A stretch of DNA of 29,907 nucleotides from Octopus sinensis (Eukaryota). The notes beneath the pieces are model-generated. The model saw only the letters and a list, made by a program, of their open reading frames with translations. It searched no databases and was not told the origin of the DNA. The stretch covers positions 1 to 29,907 of the forward strand of contig NW_021836365.1 in assembly GCF_006345805.1 (NCBI RefSeq). Direction: 5' to 3'. The position numbers and the translations under genes are program-made. Positions 24,207 through 29,907 of the stretch are shown here, one piece after another; the stretch's first letter is position 1; the number at the start of each line of letters is the position of its first letter.

Positions 24207-24692
24207 CATGTAACCGTATATATAGTTATATCCATCAATATTTTGAGTTTTAAAAAAAATGATAATTCCAGTAATTTCCGTTCTTTGATTGCAAGAAGCA
24301 ACCAAGAGAATGAAGAAATAAGCAAGAAATCTGCAAGCATGTAAGCCGGATTAGAGGATTAAAGGGAAATAATATATTTTCCAAGAGATCAAGTTTTTCT
24401 TAATAAAAATATACACATATGTTGGCATAAAAAGAATCAGGCCCCCTTTACATGCATGTATGCCATATATATATATTATTACATACATACACATATATAC
24501 ACATACGCGCACACACATACACACACATATATATTATACATATACATATACACACACACATATATATATGTATATGGGTATTCCTGTACATGTATGTTGC
24601 ATCTCTGATGCATGTTATGTATCTTGTGTATGTATTGGGGTATCTATATCTTGCACATGTGTGGGTATTAGTATATATATGTATATATATGT

Positions 24693-24739
<47 letters not shown>

Positions 24740-25056
24740 CATGCATTCATAATATCTTTGATGTGTTGGGTCGCGTGTATATATATATGCTGCATATGTC
24801 AATGCACCCACGTATCTTGAATATATGTGTGCGCGCTTCTATCTTGCATTGCATGTGTGTTGCGTGTGTGTGTGTTTGTGTGTGCAAACACACACACGCA
24901 CATTTACAAACGCACGCGCACACACAAAAACCCGCACGCACTCAAGGATGAACGCGTGGGTTTTTATCCTCTGCATATCTTAGGAACTGTGTATATATCT
25001 ACTGTATAAGTGCATATGTATACGTGTTGTACGTATATATATATAATATATATGTG

Positions 25057-25130
<74 letters not shown>

Positions 25131-25810
25131 GTGTGTGTGTGTGTGTTTGTGCGTGTGCGTGTGTTTGTGTGTTTGTGCGTGTGTGTGGTGTTTGTGTGTG
25201 TGCTCATGTAAGTATCTAATACATGTAGTTTCCTATGTTTTTATTTTACTGGTTTCTTAAAGTTGAAAATATTTACACATGTTCCCGTGTATGTGTCTTT
25301 TGCAAAATGTAAAACGGAGCGGAATAAGCAACAAGACTTGCGGCTTCATCAAATGCAATTAGATATCTAAGTGAAGTGAGTTGAGTTCCTGTTAGTTAAA
25401 CGCTAAAGAATCTTGTTATCTAGCTAAGTTTGTGGAGATGAGATGACCTTTGAATTCCAAATGCAGGTTTCGGTCAGTTAACATTTACCGCAGATGTTTC
25501 CCAATGGATGTTTCCTTGGACACCTCTCATTTAGTGACACTGGTTGAGTTCCTCTAGGCGTTGTATCTGAATATATTTATCGTGTGTTCAGTATATTTTT
25601 TTGTGTGTTGCATAGTTATGATATGAAAATAGATTTAGTGGTCGTGGACTTTGGTCACAGAAGGAACGTGAAAGGACCTTGGATATATACCAAAGCTGAG
25701 ATAAAATTGTTACCTGTTATGTATATCTATAATCAGTGCAAATAATAACAAAATATAATGAAGGAAGAGAACTTAGAATGATTTCTGAATGTATGAATAT
25801 ATATATATAT

Positions 25811-25850
<40 letters not shown>

Positions 25851-25863
25851 CATAATATATATA

Positions 25864-25903
<40 letters not shown>

Positions 25904-25924
25904 TATACCGAGTTATTATATACG

Positions 25925-26222
25925 AGGTGCAATGGCCCAGTGGCTAGGGCAGTGGACTCGCGGTTTCGATTACTAGACCGGGCGCTGTGAGTATTTATTG
26001 AGCGAAAACACCTAAAGCTCCACGGGGCTCCGGCAGGGGTGGGGGGTGGCGATCCCTGCTGTACTCTTTCGCCACAATTTTCTCTCACACTTTCTTCTGT
26101 TGGCCTGCTCGCTTAACCAGCGTGGTGGCGTCGTTTGAAGGCTAAAACAATGCGAAGCGCATTGTGAACAGCGATATGTAGCAACATCTAATAGCCTGGT
26201 CGGACACGGTGATCACGGTGAT
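25925..26222 (+). mobile_element. tRNA-derived SINE of a different family
   Basis: A box TGGCCCAGTGG (25933-25943), B-box-like GGTTTCGATTA (25962-25972) and a GC-rich ~300-bp body. Confidence 0.7.
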
Positions 26223-26666
26223 ATACGAAACAGGTAATTTCGTTTACGCCCTGTTAACGAACGAGACGGGTAATCTCGTTGACTTCCTGTTAAAAAGGGA
26301 AAAAGGAAAATCTAAAGAGAGAATACAGAAACGGGATTGCGTGGATAGTAAAAATTACGAGAGAGAGCTGCATACAGATCGGACCGTTTACAACATAACT
26401 TTGAACAATCGAATACTGGACATGAAATTCTTTGGATATTAAGTTATTTGCAAATGGATTGCTAAAATATCGAATATATCCTTTAATTGACTTAAATGAA
26501 ATATATATTTGTTACATAATTTCATCCTTGAATGTTAATTCACTGATTTTACAATTCTGTTGTTGCGTTCTGAGGTTCACCCCTTTTATACCAAAGAATT
26601 TGCCTGATCGAAACATGCCAAAACGTGCAAGTGTTGAAGTAGCAATAAGGTAACAAAATGATATTA

Positions 26667-27230
26667 TTGGGTTGTCCGGAAAGTTCATACCGATTTATAG
26701 TAGCTTACCCTTTGGCATTTTTTAGAACATGGTTGAGTCCATAAAATAGGATTTGACTACACCTCCATTTAGAGCACAGATTAAGCGATTTATTCGTGGA
26801 AGAAGGTTTATGTTCCTGTAACCTGTGTTATTCTGTAACCCTTTAAAATGGAAGATAGGAAAGTCATTTTTGGCACTTGATGCTTTGAGAACCAGACAAA
26901 AATTGTTGCAGTTCGGCTGGGATGTGTTACCCTACCCTCTATATTCACTAGATATTGTTCTTTCGGATTTCCACTTATTCTGGTCTCTGCAGAATAATCT
27001 TAATGGTAAAAAATTCAATTCCTTGGATGACGTAAAAAAATACCTTGATGAATTCTTTGCCATGAAACCACCTCAATTCTGGAAAGACGGTATTTTCAAG
27101 TTAAAGGAAAGATGGAGACGCATTATGCAACAAAATGGTTCATATTTGGTTGATTAAAAATGTAATGGCAAGTATCTATTGACTTTTTTCTTTCCTTTAA
27201 AAATCGGCACGAACTTTCTGGACAACCCAA
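26667..27230 (+). mobile_element. Non-autonomous mariner element (564 bp) with 30-bp TIRs and TA target-site duplication
   Basis: TIRs TTGGGTTGTCCGGAAAGTTCATACCGATTT (26667-26696) and AAATCGGCACGAACTTTCTGGACAACCCAA (27201-27230), with TA on both sides. Internal transposase C-terminus WDVLPYPLYSLDIVLSDFHLF...NGSYLVD (YSPDLAPSD motif). Confidence 0.95.
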
Positions 27231-27629
27231 TAGAATAATGGATTAATAGAATTGTTGAGTAAGTTAATGACATATTTATTGTGACAAATACGGATGAAGA
27301 GATAGACAGACTAATAGATGATCTCGAGTATCATTTCAACTTTATATTCAGAGGCCAATATTGCTCTCAGTTTAATTCAGGCCACATCACCATTCGGTTC
27401 TTAGCTGTAAATTTAGAAATAATGAATTATTCATGGAGTATATACAAAGGAAGGACATAAGCCAATTGCTAAACTTGCACAGACATTGCGAGTGTCCTCA
27501 ATGATATAAAATAGTCGAAATCTATAGTTATATTCTCTCTTAGCCGAGCTTATAAATTTTCGTTCGCTACAGTAGCTTTAAATAAGCAAACATTACATTT
27601 GTTCAATTTTCAGCGTCAAATGGGAACAC

Positions 27630-28085
27630 TTTGTGACCAACAATAAAGTCCTGGAAAGGACCAACAATCAAAGGATAGAATCGTTGATCATGAAAGACCG
27701 TGTTCGATGGTCAGAACATGTAGAAAGAATGAAAGAGTCAAGGTTCCCACGCTATGTCTTGTTCAGCGAACTCATTTCAGAGAAAAGACCACGGGGTTGC
27801 CCTCTTCGAAAATACAAGAACCAACTCAGAGCAACACTGAAAGTCACTGGAATAGAGCCTAAATCGTTTGAAACACAAAGCTGAGACTGTACTAAGTGGC
27901 GGGGTTCCATCACCATCGGAACCAAGATCTTCGAAGCCATCAAAAGAGGAAAGAAATCCAATAGCAGGAAAGAAAGGGTCGACAAAATCACACTCGTCCT
28001 CCACCAATGTTGCCATACATGCAATGCCATTGACTCTTCTGTGCAAGAATTGGTCTACTTAGTCAACAACACTGTCACCATGAAG
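27630..28085 (+). mobile_element. RTE-clade LINE 3' coding remnant
   Basis: TNNKVLERTN..RIESLIMKDRVRWSEHVERMKESRFPRYVLFSEL..KRPRGCP..KYKNQLRATLK, followed by a frameshifted terminal zinc-finger-like LFCARIGLLS. Confidence 0.8.
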
Positions 28086-28196
28086 GAAGCGTCCAGCAAA
28101 TAAATTCTCGGATATCAGATAAAAGCGATGACGAACGACATGCAAAACAAACATTAATTAGAAACGAATACCTCAATAGAATGGTACCACCGTGTC

Positions 28197-28721
28197 TTAG
28201 TAATATACAAGAAGAAATTAACCTGAGTTGATATAACAAATTTAGAGCCCGTTAAAAATACACACAGATCACACACATCGAAGACTAGAAGAACCAAATG
28301 CATTCTATTAGGTTGTCCGGAAAGTTCGTGCCGATTTATAGTAGCTTACCTTTCCACTTATTTTAGAACATGGTTGAGTCCATAAAATAGGATTTGACTA
28401 CACCTCCATTTAGAGCACAGTTTAAGCTATCTTTTCGTGGAAGAAGGTTTATGTTCCTATAATCCGTGTTAATTCTGTAACCCTTTAAAATGGAAGATAA
28501 GGAAGTTCATTTTCGGCACTTGATGCTTTGGGAACCAGACAAAAATTGCTGCAGATCGGCTGGGATGTGTTACGCCACCCTCCATATTCACCAGATATTA
28601 CACCTTCGAATTAGTAATATACAAAAAGAAATTCCCCTGAATTGATATAACAAATTTAGAGCCCATTAAAAACACACACAAATCACACAAATCGTAGATT
28701 AGAAGAACCAAATGCATTCTA
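28197..28721 (+). repeat. 111-bp direct repeats (28197-28307 and 28611-28721) flanking the half-mariner
   Basis: TTAGTAATATACAA...AGAAGAACCAAATGCATTCTA occurs twice with scattered substitutions. Confidence 0.9.
28308..28610 (+). mobile_element. 5' half of the same non-autonomous mariner
   Basis: TA followed by TTAGGTTGTCCGGAAAGTTCGTGCCGATTT. Colinear with 26667-26965 and ends at PYSPDITPS. There is no right TIR. Confidence 0.9.
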
Positions 28722-28782
28722 GTTGCTGAAAGGCTCAATGTAATATTGAAGACTTATACAACAGCACTTATATATACAGCAC

Positions 28783-28820
<38 letters not shown>

Positions 28821-29469
28821 CATGTATATATATACGTGTGTGCGGTGAATTCACTAACAAACTATTAACCAACTGGGAGATATAACAGACGATACTGGGA
28901 CAAGGTGAGACGCATTGGGACTAAGCTTGAAGTCACAGAGCTTCGAAGCGAATTTCTTGAACATCATCTATCGAGTCGGTATTTATGTTTACGTGCATCA
29001 ACATGTGTATCACTTAGCGGTTCGATACTTAGATTTGGATAAAAAAAATACTAGACTGAAATACGTACTAGGATCAATAAGATCGTCTAAACACTTAATG
29101 ACGGGGCAAAGAGCATGGCTAGGATCCAGTAGCTGAAACCAGTCCAAGAATAAAATAGTATGTATGTATGTATGTATGTATGTATGTATGTATGTATGTA
29201 TGTATGTATGTATGTATGTATGTATGTATGTATGTATGTATATATATATTATATATATATATATATATATGCATATATATATATACATACATATGCATAC
29301 ATACATACATATATATACACACACATATATATATATATATATTAAGAATAAAATAGTAGGTATATATTTATATATATGCAATATATACGTTATATATATA
29401 TATATATATATATTACATAGCATATATGCATGCATACATGCATACATACATACAAAACATACACACATA

Positions 29470-29511
<42 letters not shown>

Positions 29512-29692
29512 GTACAATTAATGCTCCCCATTATACACTTCCTCTCTCTCTCTCGACATAGATATATACAAACATGAATGCGTGTATTGTGTGCATCTGT
29601 AGAACTAAACTATACATTCACATGCATATATATATGCGTATCTATCTATTTATATATGTATATACGTATGTATGTTTGTATTTATCTATTTG

Positions 29693-29756
<64 letters not shown>

Positions 29757-29785
29757 CTGTCTATCTATCTTTCTATCTATCTATC

Positions 29786-29854
<69 letters not shown>

Positions 29855-29907
29855 GTCTATCTATCCTTCTTTCTTTGCATGCATCTATCCACACATCTAC
29901 ATAACTA

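Overview
A 29.9-kb, very AT-rich eukaryotic non-coding-type window dominated by microsatellites and decayed transposons. The SINE and LINE families resemble, from memory, those of Octopus or a related cephalopod (inference). No intact protein-coding gene is supported, and most of the ORF track is translated microsatellite. Recognisable elements: several R4/Dong-like (RLE) LINE fragments sitting in (TAA)n tracts, two to three Tx1/L1-like LINE remnants, an RTE LINE 3' piece, a Penelope-like remnant, two non-autonomous mariner copies and tRNA-derived SINEs. The standout is a 1.8-kb head-to-head array (15424-17242) of a ~495-bp unit. Each unit carries a complete type I hammerhead ribozyme with an unusually long rod-like stem II. 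The array sits in the (TA)n tract inside a SINE, and its fold-back point lies 4 nt from the predicted self-cleavage site, which fits a retrozyme/Penelope-pLTR-like retroelement. A second, decayed hammerhead of similar architecture lies at 21085-21204. Repeat copies differ mostly by 1-bp homopolymer indels, so some frameshifts here may be assembly errors.
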